From Octopus sinensis (taxonomy: Eukaryota), in NCBI RefSeq assembly GCF_006345805.1, contig NW_021834917.1, positions 1 to 44,192 on the forward strand: a DNA stretch of 44,192 nt. The letters run 5' to 3'. The translations under genes were made by a program, and so were the position numbers. Below, one piece after another: positions 1-13,200 of this stretch. Below the pieces are notes generated by a model. That model did no database searches and was not told the origin of the DNA. It was given only the letters and a program-made list of their open reading frames with translations. Every line of letters begins with the position of its first letter. The stretch's first letter is position 1.

Positions 1-170
1 CTCTCAACTTATGGTCACGGATGGAATAGCTGAACCACTAAGCCACATGAAGTTGGCCCCAGAAAGGGACAGTGTGGGAGCTGAAGAATTGGTTCACAAG
101 ATTGCATGGGAAGGAGAATGGGGTGGGAGGGAGACTGCCAACATGGGGGGGGGGGGCGGATGAGCAATGA

Positions 171-316
171 GCCACGAGTCGGGGGCGATGATGATAGCAT
201 GGATGACAATGGGGATGGGGGTGAAAATGATGACGATGATGATGAGGAGGAGGAGGATGATGAGGAAGAGGATGATGATGAGGAGGAGGATGATGACAAC
301 AGTGATGATGATGAAT
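171..316. repeat. (GAT/GAG)n trinucleotide microsatellite
   Basis: Runs of gatgat/gaggag; explains the poly-S/H/D/M ORFs at the window start. Confidence 0.9.
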
Positions 317-800
317 TACATCTGGGACAACATTATCCGGTCGTCGCATTCTAAACCGATAGGGCTATGATTTAAAGGCAACTTAGCTGCTGTGTCTAGC
401 AGGTCAAGAGTCAGCTGCCTGTTTTCATTATCAGCCATAAAGGATCCATCCCCCACAAAAACAACCCCCTTCCACACACCCCACCCATCCAATTTTCATT
501 ATATTAATATTTTATTCCTCAGCCCAAAACATGCCATTTATTGAAAGCGGCACTGTTTTATAATATCCTGTAATCAGGTATTTTTATGGCTGTTCTTGGA
601 GTCTTTGGTCATTTTCCGGCCTGATTCCATTAAAACGAGAAGTTTCCTAGGAGATTGTTTCAATGAAACTTACTAACCTTAAATTCCTTCCACATGGAAT
701 TTGCAAGATGGTCGTGCCAAGCCACGATTCCTTGCTCACACGGGGCATTCTTCAGATTGGGTCGAGTGTCTTTTATTGAATAAACAATAATTTTGCTCTG

Positions 801-1090
801 GATGACGATGATGATGATGATGACGACGACAATGGTGGTGGTGGTGGTGGTGATGGTGGTGGTGGTGATTGTGATGATGATGAGGATTATGATGACGACA
901 ATGATGGTGGCGCTGCTGCTGATGGTCATGATTATGATGATGATTGTGGTGACGATGATGATCATGATGTTGGTTTATAATGATGGTGTTGGTGGTGGTC
1001 GTGGTGGAGGTATATGCATGTGTATCTATATGTGCATGTACGTATGTATGTGAATATGTATGTATGCATGTATGTGCATGTGTATGTATG
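801..1090. repeat. (GAT/GGT)n then (TATG)n low-complexity tract
   Basis: Direct inspection. Confidence 0.9.
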
Positions 1091-1487
1091 ATTTATCTTG
1101 GAGTTTAAGTTCTTCTTCAGAGCCGACCGCTAATGAAGTGACAAGACCTTTTGAGTCAAGAGATTTCCCGGTGTTTGTAAATCAGTGGTTGAGTTGGTGT
1201 GTTGATTGAACTCTCGAGGCACACACCCAAACGTGTGCCTCTGTTCATGTAAGAATCTCAAGATGGAGACTTTTCGGAATGTTTTACGAATATCTTCACT
1301 GTGCCACTAATAGACTGGATTTGGATAAACCTGCATCAGTTAATGGTTAATCCAGCGCTGGGTTTATATTACAGTCATCATATTAACTACAGAGATTTAT
1401 TGCCATTGTTAACCATAGCTTTCATCTCTCTATTGCCCAAGACCCAGCAACCAGCGGCAGAGATTTCAAAAAACATTCACCAATAAA

Positions 1488-1743
1488 CAGCGCTGGATTA
1501 ACCATTAAGCAAAGTAAGCATGTGCTTAGGACATCAAGAGAAGGAGCAAGGGGCACCACAGAAATGGTAAATGGCTTACAACACAAAAGAAATCACTTCA
1601 AATTTTCTAAAATAATATTTGGGATGCCTTTATTTCTACTAAGTATAGATGCAGATGTGTTACCTAAGATTAATTTTGAGGATCTGATCAAAGACTTTGC
1701 AATTAACAAAAAGGTAGGAGAAAGCTTTTTAAATATAAATGAA
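1488..1743 (+). mobile_element. hAT-superfamily DNA transposon fragment (terminus plus transposase C-terminal remnant), cut by a SINE
   Basis: Starts CAGCGCTGGATTAACC (CAG terminus as in hAT TIRs). Translation LFLLSIDADVLPKINFEDLIKDFAINKK resembles the C-terminal end of hAT transposases. Confidence 0.6.
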
Positions 1744-2160
1744 GGCGCAGGTGTGGCTGTGTAGTAAGTAGCTTGTTTACCAACCACATGGTTCCAGGTT
1801 CAGTCCCACTGCGTGGCACCTTGGGCAAGTGTCTTCTACTATAGCCTCGGGCCAACCAAAGCCTTGTGAGTGGATTTGGTAGATGGAAACTGAAAGAAGC
1901 CCGTCGTATATATGTATATATATATATATATATGCGTGTGTGTTTGTGTGTCTGTGTTTGTCCCCCTAGCATTGCTTGACAACCGGTGTTGCTGTGTTTA
2001 CATCCCTGCAGCTTAACAGTTCAGTGAAAGAGTCTGATAAAACAAGTACCAAACTTTAAAAACACAAAATACTGGGATTGATTTATTTGACTAAGAATTC
2101 GTCAAGGTGGTGCCCCAGCATGGCCACAATCTAATGACTGAAATCAATAAAAGATAAAAG
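1744..2160 (+). mobile_element. SINE family A (tRNA-like head, internal microsatellite, A-rich tail)
   Basis: Head GGCGCAGG(A/T)GTGGCTGTGTGGT with B-box-like GGTTC(C/A)GG..TTCAGTCCC; CCTTGGGCAAGTG core; matches more than 15 other copies in the window. Confidence 0.9.
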
Positions 2161-2282
2161 ACATGTATATGTATATATACGTATATATATGTATATATAC
2201 GTATATATATGTATATATATGTATATATGTGTGCATTTATGTATATATGCATGTATGTATGTATGAATTGATGGATAATATG

Positions 2283-2492
2283 ACTCTTCATCCTTTACTA
2301 GTTTCATGCATGAGACTGTGGCCATGCTGGAGCACTGCCTTAAAGAGTTTGTGGTAGAGTGAATTATCCCCAGTACTTAAAGCTTTTTTGTTAAGTTACA
2401 GGGACATAAACACACCAACACCGGTTGTGAAGTGGTGGTGGAGGACAAACTCAGACACAAATACACACACATACAGAGAAAGATAGACAGAC

Positions 2493-2523
<31 letters not shown>

Positions 2524-2567
2524 CAGATTGGCAGATAGATAGATAGATAGATAGACAGACAGATAGT

Positions 2568-2611
<44 letters not shown>

Positions 2612-2616
2612 CAGAC

Positions 2617-2651
<35 letters not shown>

Positions 2652-2698
2652 CAGATAGATAGATAGATAGATATAGATAGATAGATAGATAGACAGAC

Positions 2699-2729
<31 letters not shown>

Positions 2730-2769
2730 CAGACAGATAGATAGATAGATAGATAGACAGACAGATAGT

Positions 2770-2801
<32 letters not shown>

Positions 2802-3005
2802 CAGACTGATTGACAGATAGATAGATAAATAAGTAGACAAATAATACGATGGGTGTCTTCCAGTTTCCATCAACCAAATCCACTTGCAAGTCTTTGGTCA
2901 GCCTGAGGCTATAGTAGAAGACACTTGCCCAAGGTGCCACACAGTAGGACTGAACCCGGAACCATGTGATTAGGAAGCAAACTTCTTACCATACACCTAT
3001 GCCTG
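2283..3005 (-). mobile_element. SINE family A with internal (GATA)n expansion (about 2480-2830)
   Basis: Head at 2860-3005 and 3' half at 2283-2460 on the minus strand, flanking a long GATA/GACA tract. Confidence 0.85.
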
Positions 3006-3897
3006 TATACTTTCATGCATATGTATGTATTTAGTTAAACAGCGCTTGCACAGATGGCAGTAGCAGGCTTTAAAACGTTAAAAAAACACAAATATTAAAA
3101 AGAGAATTAAACAAATATCGCCATTTTAACACACATTACATCACTTCTCAATTGTCGAGCAAGTCGAATTTACTCTAGCAGAACATTCTGAAATGTTTAG
3201 CATGCGACACACGATGTGTACACACGTCCATGCAGTCAGTGAAACACATATAAATGCATTTATATAAATGTGCATGTATACGTATGTGCCACAACTGAAT
3301 ATCTTAAATATTTGCTGACAAGTTAACACAATATGGCTTCTCTAATGTTTTAAATGACTCAGCATTATTAGATGGAAAAAAAATTGGCTTTTACATAAAA
3401 ACGAGAAAACAAAAGAAAATTTATTTCAAGGATAATGATTTTCAGTGTGTTGACGAAGATTTTTCGATGAATTAGTTTTTGTTATTCTTTTATTGAAACT
3501 GAGAAAAAAGAAAAAAAAAAGATATTATTTTTGTTGGTTGAATAATATAAAAGAAGTCACTTGAACTTCAAAGAGCTTCTCATTAAAACATTAACTTCCC
3601 TTTAATGTCCATCACATTTGTGTTTTATATTTTTCTTCGACTTTTCACTTGATGGCATCAGATCAGCTATTCTCCGATATATTGTGTAAACGACTGTGAT
3701 GCGTGCATGTGTATGTTATTTCCTTGGTAATGTGTGTGTGTGTCTGTATGTGTATGTATATACATATATACATACTTATATGCGCATATCTGTACATATG
3801 CTTGCATATATATATGAATGTTATAGTATCATAAATAATATATTATTGTATCTGTGTGTGTATGTATATATACATGTATACACACACATATAAATGC

Positions 3898-3984
<87 letters not shown>

Positions 3985-3997
3985 AGGCTTCATATAT

Positions 3998-4300
3998 GAG
4001 GCGCAATGGCCCAGTGGTTAGGGCAGCGGACTCGCGATTCGTAGGATCGCAGCTTCAATTCCCAGACTGGGCGTTGTGAGTGTTACTTGATCGAAAACAC
4101 CTAAAGCCCCACGAGGCTCCGGCAGGGGGGAGGTGGCGATCCCTGCTGTACTCTTTCGCCACAACTTTCTCTCACTCTTTCTCCTGTTGGCCTGCTCGCT
4201 TAGCCAGCGGGGTGGCATCATTTGAAAGCTAAAACAATGCGAAGAGCATTGTGACCAGCGATGTGTAGCAACATCTGAGAGCCTGGTCAGTCATGTGATC
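3998..4300 (+). mobile_element. SINE family C variant (tRNA-derived head, alternative 3' part)
   Basis: GAGGCGCAATGGCCCAGTGGTTAGGGCAGCGGACTCGCG (A box) and TTCAATTCCC (B-box-like); first ~170 bp match the copies at 11.2-11.5 and 12.5-12.9 kb. Confidence 0.85.
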
Positions 4301-4472
4301 ACGTGATATATATATATATATATATATACATACATACACATACAATCATACATGTACACACCCAGTAATATATATATATATATATATATATTTAGACTTG
4401 TATATCATTTATATATGGATTGTGAGTATATGTGTATGCATACACATACACACACACACATACATTCATAGT

Positions 4473-4529
<57 letters not shown>

Positions 4530-4580
4530 TAGATAGACAGACAGACAGACAGATAGATAGATAGATAGATAGATAGAGAC
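4473..4580. repeat. (GATA/GACA)n microsatellite
   Basis: Direct inspection. Confidence 0.9.
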
Positions 4581-4943
4581 TGAGACCTGAGTGCTCAACA
4601 CAATATATATATACAGAAAGCTATATACAAACATTCAGTGTGCATTATTATAGAATTTATTATACACACAGCAATTTATATTATACTCATGGAACCACTG
4701 GGATATATATTAATACACAATTAACAAACAAATTTAATCTATTTAATTATGTCTCAATAATCAATTTGTAAGAATTTTGGGAGAATGGCTGAGTGGTTAA
4801 GATATTTGCCTTTCAGTTGTGAGATCCCAAGTTCAATTCAGCTGAATGCCATTTCAAGTAAGTGGGGTTTTTTTCCACCCTAAATTCTGGGTCAAAAGTA
4901 TACTGTATTATATATCCATTACAACCAATCTTATTTCTTATTT

Positions 4944-5905
4944 CCTATTTCTTTATTGCCCACAAGGAGCTAAACATTGAGAGGACAGACAAGGGGATTA
5001 AGTTGATTACATCAACCCCAGTGTGTAACTGGTACTTAATTTATCGACCCCGAAAGGATGAAAGGCAAAGTCAACCTTGGTGGAATTTGAACTCATAACA
5101 TAACGGCAGATGAAATACCTATTTCTTTACTACCCACAAGGGGCTTAACACAGAGAGGGCAAACAAGGACAGACAAAGGGATTAAGTCGATTATATCAAC
5201 CCCAGTGTGTAACTGGTACTTATTTAATCGATCCCAAAAGGATGAAAGGCAAAGTCGACCTCAGCAGAATTTGAACTCAGAACGTAGCAGCAGATGAAAT
5301 ACCTATTTCTTTACTACCCACAAGGGGCTTAACACAGAGAGGGCAAACAAGGACAGACAAAGGGATTAAGTCGATTATATCAACCCCAGTGTGTAACTGG
5401 TACTTATTTAATCGATCCCAAAAGGATGAAAGGCAAAGTCGACCTCAGCAGAATTTGAACTCAGAACGTAGCGGCAGATGAAATACCTATTTCTTTACTA
5501 CCCACAAGGGGCTTAACACAGAGAGGACAAACAAGGACAGACAAAGGGATTAAGTCGATTATATCAACCCCAGTGCGTAACTGGTACTTAATTTATCGAC
5601 CCCAAAAGGATGAAAGGCAAAGTCGACCTCAGCAGAATTTGAACTCAGAACGTAGCGGCAGATGAAATACCTATTTCTTTACTACCCACAAGGGGCTTAA
5701 CACAGAGAGGACAAACAAGGACAGACAAAGGGATTAAGTCGATTATATCGACACTAGTGCGTAACTGGTACTTACTTTATTGACCCCGAAAGGATGAAAG
5801 GCAAAGTCCACCTTGGTGAAATTTGAACTCAGAACATAACAGCAGATGAAATGCCGCTAAGCATTTTGCCCGGCGTGCTAACAATTCTCCCAGCTCACCA
5901 CCCTT
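4944..5905 (-). mobile_element. SINE family B multimer: one head plus five tandem 184-bp bodies
   Basis: Unit starts CCTATTTCTTTA at 4944, 5118, 5302, 5486, 5670; single head at about 5850-5905. Confidence 0.9.
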
Positions 5906-6200
5906 ATAACCGATCTTAGCAATCAGTTTCACACCAGGTATTAAACTGGCTGCTAGATAACATGGTGCAGTAATACTGTGTGCTTGTCAGAGCTAACAGG
6001 TGTTACCCACCGTTTCTGGAGGTGAAGAACCGCATCCAGTTTGTGGGGAATGTGGAAAAAAGATGAAACAGACTGAAGAAGGATTACATCAAGACAAATC
6101 TTTCGGTACCAAAGGTCTCTGAGGTGTAAGTCTATAAATGTGTGCTGGGTCTGTGGATTGCTATTTGTAGAGGGATGGAATGTGTATAAGGGTATTGTAT

Positions 6201-6571
6201 ACTCTCTCTCTTTTACTTGTTTCAGTCATTTGACTGCGGCCATGCAACTCGACCCCGGGACTTATTCTTTGTAAGTCCAGTACTTATTCTATCGGTCTCT
6301 TTTGCCAAACCGCTAAGTGACGGGGACGTAAACACACCAGCATCGGTTGTCAAGCAATGCTAGGGGGACAAACACAGACACACGCACATACATATATATG
6401 CATATATACGACAGGCTTCTTCCAGTTTCCGTCTACCAAATCCACTCACAAGGCTTTGATCGGCCCGAGGCTATAGTAGAAGACACTTGCCCAAGGTGCC
6501 ACACAGTGGGACTGAACCCGGAACCATGTGGTTGGTAAACAAGCTACTTACCACACAGCCACTCCTGCGCC
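6201..6571 (-). mobile_element. SINE family A
   Basis: Reverse complement of the family A consensus; ends ACTCCTGCGCC. Confidence 0.9.
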
Positions 6572-6586
6572 TATATATATATATAC

Positions 6587-6634
<48 letters not shown>

Positions 6635-7339
6635 ATGTATGTACATACACACATATATATATTATTTATACTATTATTTGATTGAACACCACACATCCAT
6701 TTCCAAGTACGTTTATCTTAATATTTTTGATGCGATTCTACCCTAAAATGTTCTCTCTCCCACTTTTGGTTTTTTTTTCTCATCCTTTCTCTAATTCCTT
6801 TTTTGCTCCCCTTCACCATTTTCTTTCTATCAGTCTCTCTCTCTTTCTCTCTCTCTCTCTCATTGCTCATACGTGACCATCATCCATCTTTCTTTTCCTC
6901 ACATTATCATCTTTCTTTTCCTTCAGGGCTGTACTAGAGACTGCGTGTATCCTATCTGTCAAAGAATATATTTCTCCAGTGTTCACTATTTTACCTTCAT
7001 CTGGGCTAACAACCCTCCATGTCCTGTTTTTGTTACCAACTTTGACACCCCATAAATCCCAAATTTTATTTTGGTACATATGGGAGCAACTGCCTTCAAA
7101 GATTCATATTGTTGTTCAGTGCTTGAAATGAAGAATAGATGGACAGCCGACAACTGATGAAGGGTCGTTCTTTATGTTACTTGTCCTGTTTCCCATTTGT
7201 TTCTCTTGTTGTTTGCATATTGAACTCTTTTGTTTTCGTATTTCATGTTGTTTACTGTCTGTGACGTCCTATACCCATATATGCATATATATGTGTGTAT
7301 GTATGTACATGTACACATATATATGCATATATATATACT

Positions 7340-7753
7340 ATTTACTCTTTTACTCTTTTACTTGTTTCAGTCATTTGACTGCAGCCATGCTGGAGCACTG
7401 CCTTTAGTCGAGCAAATCGACTCTGGGACTTATTCTTTGTAAGCCCGGTACTTATTCTATCGGTCTCTTTTGCCGAACCGCTAAGTGACGGGGACGTAAA
7501 CACACCAGCATCGGTTGTCAAGCAATGCTAGGGGGACAAACACAGACACACAAACACACACATATACACATACATATATATACATATATACGACAGGCTT
7601 CTTTCAGTTTCTGTCTACCAAATCCACTCACAAGGCATTGGTCGGCCTGGGGCTATAGTAGAAGACACTTGCCCAAGATGTCACGCAGTGGGACTGAACC
7701 CGGAACCATGTGGTTGGTTAGCAAGCTACTTACCACACAGCCACTCCTATGCC
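7340..7753 (-). mobile_element. SINE family A
   Basis: Full copy with (TACTCTTT)n tail. Confidence 0.9.
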
Positions 7754-7802
7754 TACTCCTATATGTATATATATTATTTATATATATATAAATATATATA
7801 TG

Positions 7803-7838
<36 letters not shown>

Positions 7839-8099
7839 CACATATATATATACACACACACATATATATATGTATATATATATATATATATACACATATA
7901 TATACATGCATATACACACACATATATATATACATACATACATATATATATATATATACATATATGTATGCATATATTAAGTCTGTGAGAGACATGAGCT
8001 TGGTTTCGTAGGTGCATTTATGTGGAAGTTAATGACCATTCCTGTAAAATTGCTCTCATTTTAATCTTCCTGCTTAACCAAAATTATCATCATGGCTTG

Positions 8100-8530
8100 G
8101 CACCATTGCCACTACCACCACCACCACCACTACCACTGCCACTGCCGCTGCTGCTGCTGACACTAGTGCTGTAATCATTGCTAAATCCAGCAACACCACC
8201 ATCATCATCATCATCACAATCATCATCGCTGTTACTACTGCCACCACCACCACCACCACCATCATCATCATCGTCATCATTCACTGTTATCATCATGATC
8301 ACCAGCTCCACCACAACCATCACCGGTACCATGACCATCACTACTACCACCACCATCATCATCATCATCATCACTGTCTCCATCACCGTCCACCATCACC
8401 ACTATCACCATCATTAGCACCCCTACCATTACCACCACCAACACTACCATCACCAATATTCCCACAGCCACCACCATGACTATTACTCCTACCACGACTA
8501 CCATCACCACCACGACCACCACCACATAAT
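8100..8530. repeat. (CAC/CAT)n trinucleotide low-complexity tract
   Basis: Direct inspection; explains the poly-H/T/V ORFs. Confidence 0.9.
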
Positions 8531-9144
8531 AACATAACACTATGTTTAATGTCTGTTTATCTGGAATGCGACTATTGATTCCATTGGTCTCTCTCTCTCT
8601 TACTCTCCCCCCTCTCTCTCTCCCCCTCTCTCTCTCTCCCCCTCTCTCTCTCTCTCTCTCGTATCGATTCCAACTTCACTTGTCTCTCCATATAAACCTA
8701 TAATTTTTGACATCTAACCTTCATGGGTTTCTGGCTTCTGCCTCCAAGACGTCACTAAATTACTCTGTTAATGGTATTTAAGTTCTCCAAGACCAATGGC
8801 CTGGCCTCACTCCTTCCTCCACATCTTATTCTTATTTCATCCTCCTTTCCATCAACTTCCGTATCCGTTAGCTACTTCTTTTAATTTTGTTTCACCCATT
8901 GTTGTTGCAGTCGTCAATCTTTGCGGTTTGCTAGATTGATAAAGTCTTTGAATTGCTTGATGAAAAGTTCGTAAACGGAGACACGATTTGGATACCATAG
9001 TCGCTGTTTATACACCATTTACAGGTATGATGCTGTGGATTTTGTCTGAGATAAAATCTCTTTATAGATCTGTCATGTTAAAAACACAATCTACATCAAA
9101 ATGAAACAAACATCTACGCTGCTGTGGCTCCTGAGAACAGACAC

Positions 9145-9570
9145 ATCATCATCATCATTGTTCGACCGTGGTCGAGACAATGGAATTTACTATGTTACGC
9201 CAGACTTCACGGTCCATCATAGCATTACGGAGGTCCTATTGCTGGATGCTTGTATCCCTGGAGATTACATCAGGGTAGGAGAGTGTGCGCCCTCTGGTAT
9301 TGCGAGTAGATGGCTTCCAGAGGAGAAGAGTAGAAATTACTTCTTTTTCAGCTCTACAACAATGTCCAGCAAACTGGACTCTCCTACCTTTCACAAGAGA
9401 TGACACAGGTGGTAGTTTCCCATATATTTGCATTTTGGTTGGATGGCGCTTCCACGAGAGATTTTGAGCTCTCATAAGGAGGCGAGTGTAGGTTCCATCC
9501 AACCTTTAAATATGGTTTCTGATTATAAATATCTTGGGTCATACATATCATCATCTGGAAAAGAACAGAC
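9145..9570 (-). mobile_element. 5'-truncated RTE-X/RTE-like LINE 3' end with (GAT)n tail
   Basis: Minus-strand peptide ...RRVQFAGHCCRAEKEVISTLLLWKP..RGRTLSYPDVISRDT is typical of RTE-group C-termini; TCGACCACGGTCGA hairpin then (GAT)n; second copy at 34952-35154. Confidence 0.75.
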
Positions 9571-9689
9571 ACAATTCACCTTTGTTCAGACATGTTAATA
9601 CTCTGCACTCGATTTTCAACTGCTTAACCCTTTTTAAGGGTTCAAATCACTCTAGCAAAACTAAAATTTTTTTATTGATGTTGTTTTGT

Positions 9690-10060
9690 ATTAATCATGG
9701 ATTATCTCATAGATTTGAGACTTCAAAGACATGATTATTTATCTTTAGAATGACATTGTAGGGTAAGTGTAAGAGGCCAGATCTGGTCAGTTTGAACATG
9801 AAATGGGTAGAATATTTGGGCTGGACATGGCTAATCCGACCCTTTAGCATTCAGATTCTTCTGTCGAATGTAATCCTTATTCATCCACATTGTTTTCAAT
9901 TAGTCGTGGATTATCTCGTAGCTTTGAGATTTCAATGATTTGATTGTATAGTTTTGGAATGACATTGTAAGGTAAGTGGAAGAGACCAGATCTGGCTAGT
10001 TGGGATATAAAACGGGTAGACTATTATGGCCGGATATGTCTGATTCGACCTTTCAGCATT
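9690..10060. mobile_element. Degenerate copies of the TTAA-type MITE family (AGAATGACATTGTAGGGTAGGTGTGAGAGGCCAGATCTGG)
   Basis: Same motif recurs at 10.5-10.8, 11.6-12.35, 36.04-36.25 and 36.7-36.85 kb. Confidence 0.6.
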
Positions 10061-10082
10061 CGGGTTACTCTCTCAAATGTAA

Positions 10083-10503
10083 TACTCTTTTTCTTTTACT
10101 CTTTTACTTGTTTCAGTCATTTGACTGCGGCCATGCTGGAGCACCACCTTTAGTCGATCAAATCGACCTCAGGGCTTGTTCTTTGTAACCCTAGTACTTA
10201 TTCTATTGGTCTCTTTTGCCGAACCGCTAAGTGACGGGGATGTAAACACACCAGCATCGGTTGTCAAGCAATGCTAGGGGGACAAACACAGACACACAAA
10301 CATACACACAAATACATATATATATATATATACATATATACGACGGGCTTCTTTCAGTTTCCGTCTACCAAATCCACTCACAAGGCATTGGTCGGCCCGG
10401 GGCTATAGCAGAAGACACTTGCCCAAGATGCCACGCAGTGGGACTGAACCCGGAACCATGTGGTTGGTTAGCAAGCTACTTACCACACAGCCACTCCTGC
10501 GCC
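10083..10503 (-). mobile_element. SINE family A
   Basis: Full copy, reverse orientation. Confidence 0.9.
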
Positions 10504-11165
10504 TAATGTTTATTTAGTGACATTGTTTTTGAGTCCATCATGCACCGTCTCTTAGCTTTGAGATTTCAATAAGGTGATTGTTTGTTTTTTTAGAATGACA
10601 TTGAAGGGTAGGTACGAGAGGCCAGATCTGGTCAGTTTGAGCATGAAACAGAAAGAATATATATGAGCCAGATATGGCCGATTTCACCTTTCCGCACTCA
10701 CATTATTCTGTCAAATGTAAAGCTTGTTCGTTCTCGGTTTTCAGTTAAACGTGCATTATCTTGTAACTTCAAGATTTGAATAATGTGGTTGTTTTCAGGG
10801 TGTTATTGTGGGGTAGGTGTGAGAGGCTGGACCATTGTCAATTGAAGCATAAAAATAAGGCAAATATTTGCCAAAGGGTAAAAGACAAGGTCTACTCTTA
10901 AACTGCATTTTATTTTTAGCCAAGTATTTGGATAAGCTGATATCATTGTGGTTATCTCCCTTGTGTGATTTTTAAATACTGCCTATCTTAGGAGGGAGGT
11001 TTTCTCTACTAACTGCATTTATAATCTCAAATTTTTTTCAACTCATTGTATCTACATGCGTGTCACTCTTCCATGTTACCATGTCTACACACACACACAC
11101 ACACACACACAGAGTTTGTGTGCAAACACCTGCTCATACACAGACATGTGAACACACACACATGA

Positions 11166-11545
11166 TGGAAGCACTCCGTCGGTTACGACGATGAGGGTTC
11201 CGGTTGATCCGATCAACGGAACAGCCTGCTCGTGAAATTAACGTGTAAGTGGCTGAGCACTCCACAGACACGTGCACCCTTAACGTAGTTCTCGGGGATA
11301 TTCAGCGTGACACAGAGAATGACAAGGCCGGCCCTTTGAAATACAGGTACAACAGAAACAGGAAGAAAGAGTGAGAGAAAGTTGTGGTGAAAAAGTACAG
11401 CAGGGATCAACACCATCCCTGCCGGAGCCTCGTGGAGCTTTAGGTGTTTTCGCTCAATAAACACTCACAACGCCCCTTCTGGGAATCGAAACCACGATCC
11501 TACGACCGCGAGTCCGCTGCCCTAAACACTGGGCCATTGCGCCTC
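11166..11545 (-). mobile_element. SINE family C (tRNA-derived; head may be tRNA-Arg-like)
   Basis: Minus-strand head GAGGCGCAATGGCCCAGTGTTTAGGGCAGCGGACTCGCGGTCGTAGGATCGTGGTTTCGATTCCC; near-identical to 12479-12861. Confidence 0.9.
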
Positions 11546-11839
11546 CACTACACACACACACACAGTGTGCAAATACCTGTACATATACAGATATGTGAAC
11601 ACATACATGATGTAATTGTTTATTTTTAGAATGACATTGTAGGGTAAGTGTAAGAGGCCAGATCTGGTCAGTTTGAAGATAAAACAAGGAGAGCATCATA
11701 CTCAGATGTGACTGATGCAACCCTTTACCAGTCTGGTGTTACACTTGTTTATTCCTATCGTTTTGATTTAACCATGAAATATATTTTCTAGCTTCAGGAT
11801 TTCAATGATGGGATTGTTTATTTTTAGAATGACATTTTA

Positions 11840-12249
11840 GGCGCAGGAGTGGCTGTGTGGTAAGTAGCTTGCTAACCAACCACATGGTTCTGGGTTCAGT
11901 CCCACTGCGTGGCATCTTGGGCAAGTGTCTTCTGCTATAGCCCCGGGCCGACCAATGCCTTGTGAGTGGATTTGGTAGACGGAAACTGAAAGAAGCCCGT
12001 CGTATGTATGTATGTTTGTGTGTGTGTGTTTGTGTTTGTGTGTGTGTGTTTGTCCCCCCCCCTAGCATTGCTTGACAACCGATGCTGGTGTGTTTATGTC
12101 CCCGTCACTTAGCGGTTCGGAAATAGAGACCGATAGAATAAGTACTGGGTTTACAAAGAATAAGTCCCAGGGTCAATTTACTCGACTAAAGGCGGTGCTC
12201 CAGCATGGCCACTGTCAAATGACTGAAACAAGTAAAAGAGTAAAAGAGT
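11840..12249 (+). mobile_element. SINE family A inserted into a MITE copy
   Basis: MITE motif AGAATGACATT..TAGG|..|TAGGGTAGGTGTGAGAGG is split by the SINE. Confidence 0.88.
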
Positions 12250-12478
12250 AAATAGGGTAGGTGTGAGAGGCTGGATCTGGCCAGTTTGAACATAAAATGG
12301 GAAGATTGTTCAGTCTGAATATGGCTGGTTTAAATGTTAAACGGTTTAACAAAGTGCACATTTCAAAATATAGAAAACGGTGAAGAAAACACCCACTGAT
12401 AATGCTGAAGCTTGCCAAGCAGTAAAAAGAGTCAGTATACGCAATTGAAACATCAAATTTAAAATGTTATTTGTGGAA

Positions 12479-12861
12479 TGGAAGCACTCCGCCGGTTACG
12501 ACGATGAGGGTTCCGGTTGATCCGAATCAACGGAACAGCCTGCTCGTGAAATTAACGTGTAAGTGGCTGAGCACTCCACAGACACGTGTACCCTTAACGT
12601 AGTTCTCGGGGATATTCAGTGTGACACAGAGAGTGACAAGGCCGGCCCTTTGAAATACAGGTACAACAGAAACAGGAAGTAAGAGTGAGAGAAAGTTGTG
12701 GTGAAAGAGTACAGCAGGGATCACCACCATCCCCTGCCGGAGCCTCGTGGAGCTTTTAGGTGTTTTCGCTCAATAAACACTCACAACGCCTGGTCTGGGA
12801 ATCGAAACCGCGATCCTATGACCGCGAGTCCGCTGCCCTAACCACTGGTCCATTGTGCCTC
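12479..12861 (-). mobile_element. SINE family C
   Basis: Near-identical to 11166-11545. Confidence 0.9.
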
Positions 12862-13200
12862 CACCTATAACATACTATGTATATACATATTAATACGCAC
12901 ACACATACACACACAGATAGATAGATAGATAGATAGAAGTGGTTTTTAATCAAGCAAATTGACCCCAGGACTTCTTTTTCTTTTTGTACTTCTATTAATC
13001 TCTTTTTGCTGAACAGGTGAGTTACAGGAATGTAAACACACCAACACTGGTTTCAAGCAGTGGAGGAGGGGGGGGGACAAGCAGACACAAAGACAAACAT
13101 ACAGATATATACATATATATATATATATATATGATATAAATATAGATAGATATATACATACATACATATATATATACATATATGTATAATGTATACATAT

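Noticed and set aside
5977-6125. Plus-strand exon-like segment (CAG...GT|GTAAGT) with a single in-frame TGA, possible selenocysteine
   Set aside because: No CxxU/UxxC or other selenoprotein motif, no SECIS seen, and the minus strand is equally open; cannot be supported without RNA data
6900-9030. Other exon-like pieces (from about 6930; 8911-9024) and the 70-aa ORF 6867-7079
   Set aside because: Stops in most frames, unrecognised peptides, and splice phases join only with forced acceptor choices
11100-11612. About 65-bp direct repeat flanking SINE C as a giant target site duplication
   Set aside because: The two flanks are visibly diverged while the SINE looks young, and they are partly CA-repeat; more likely an older local duplication
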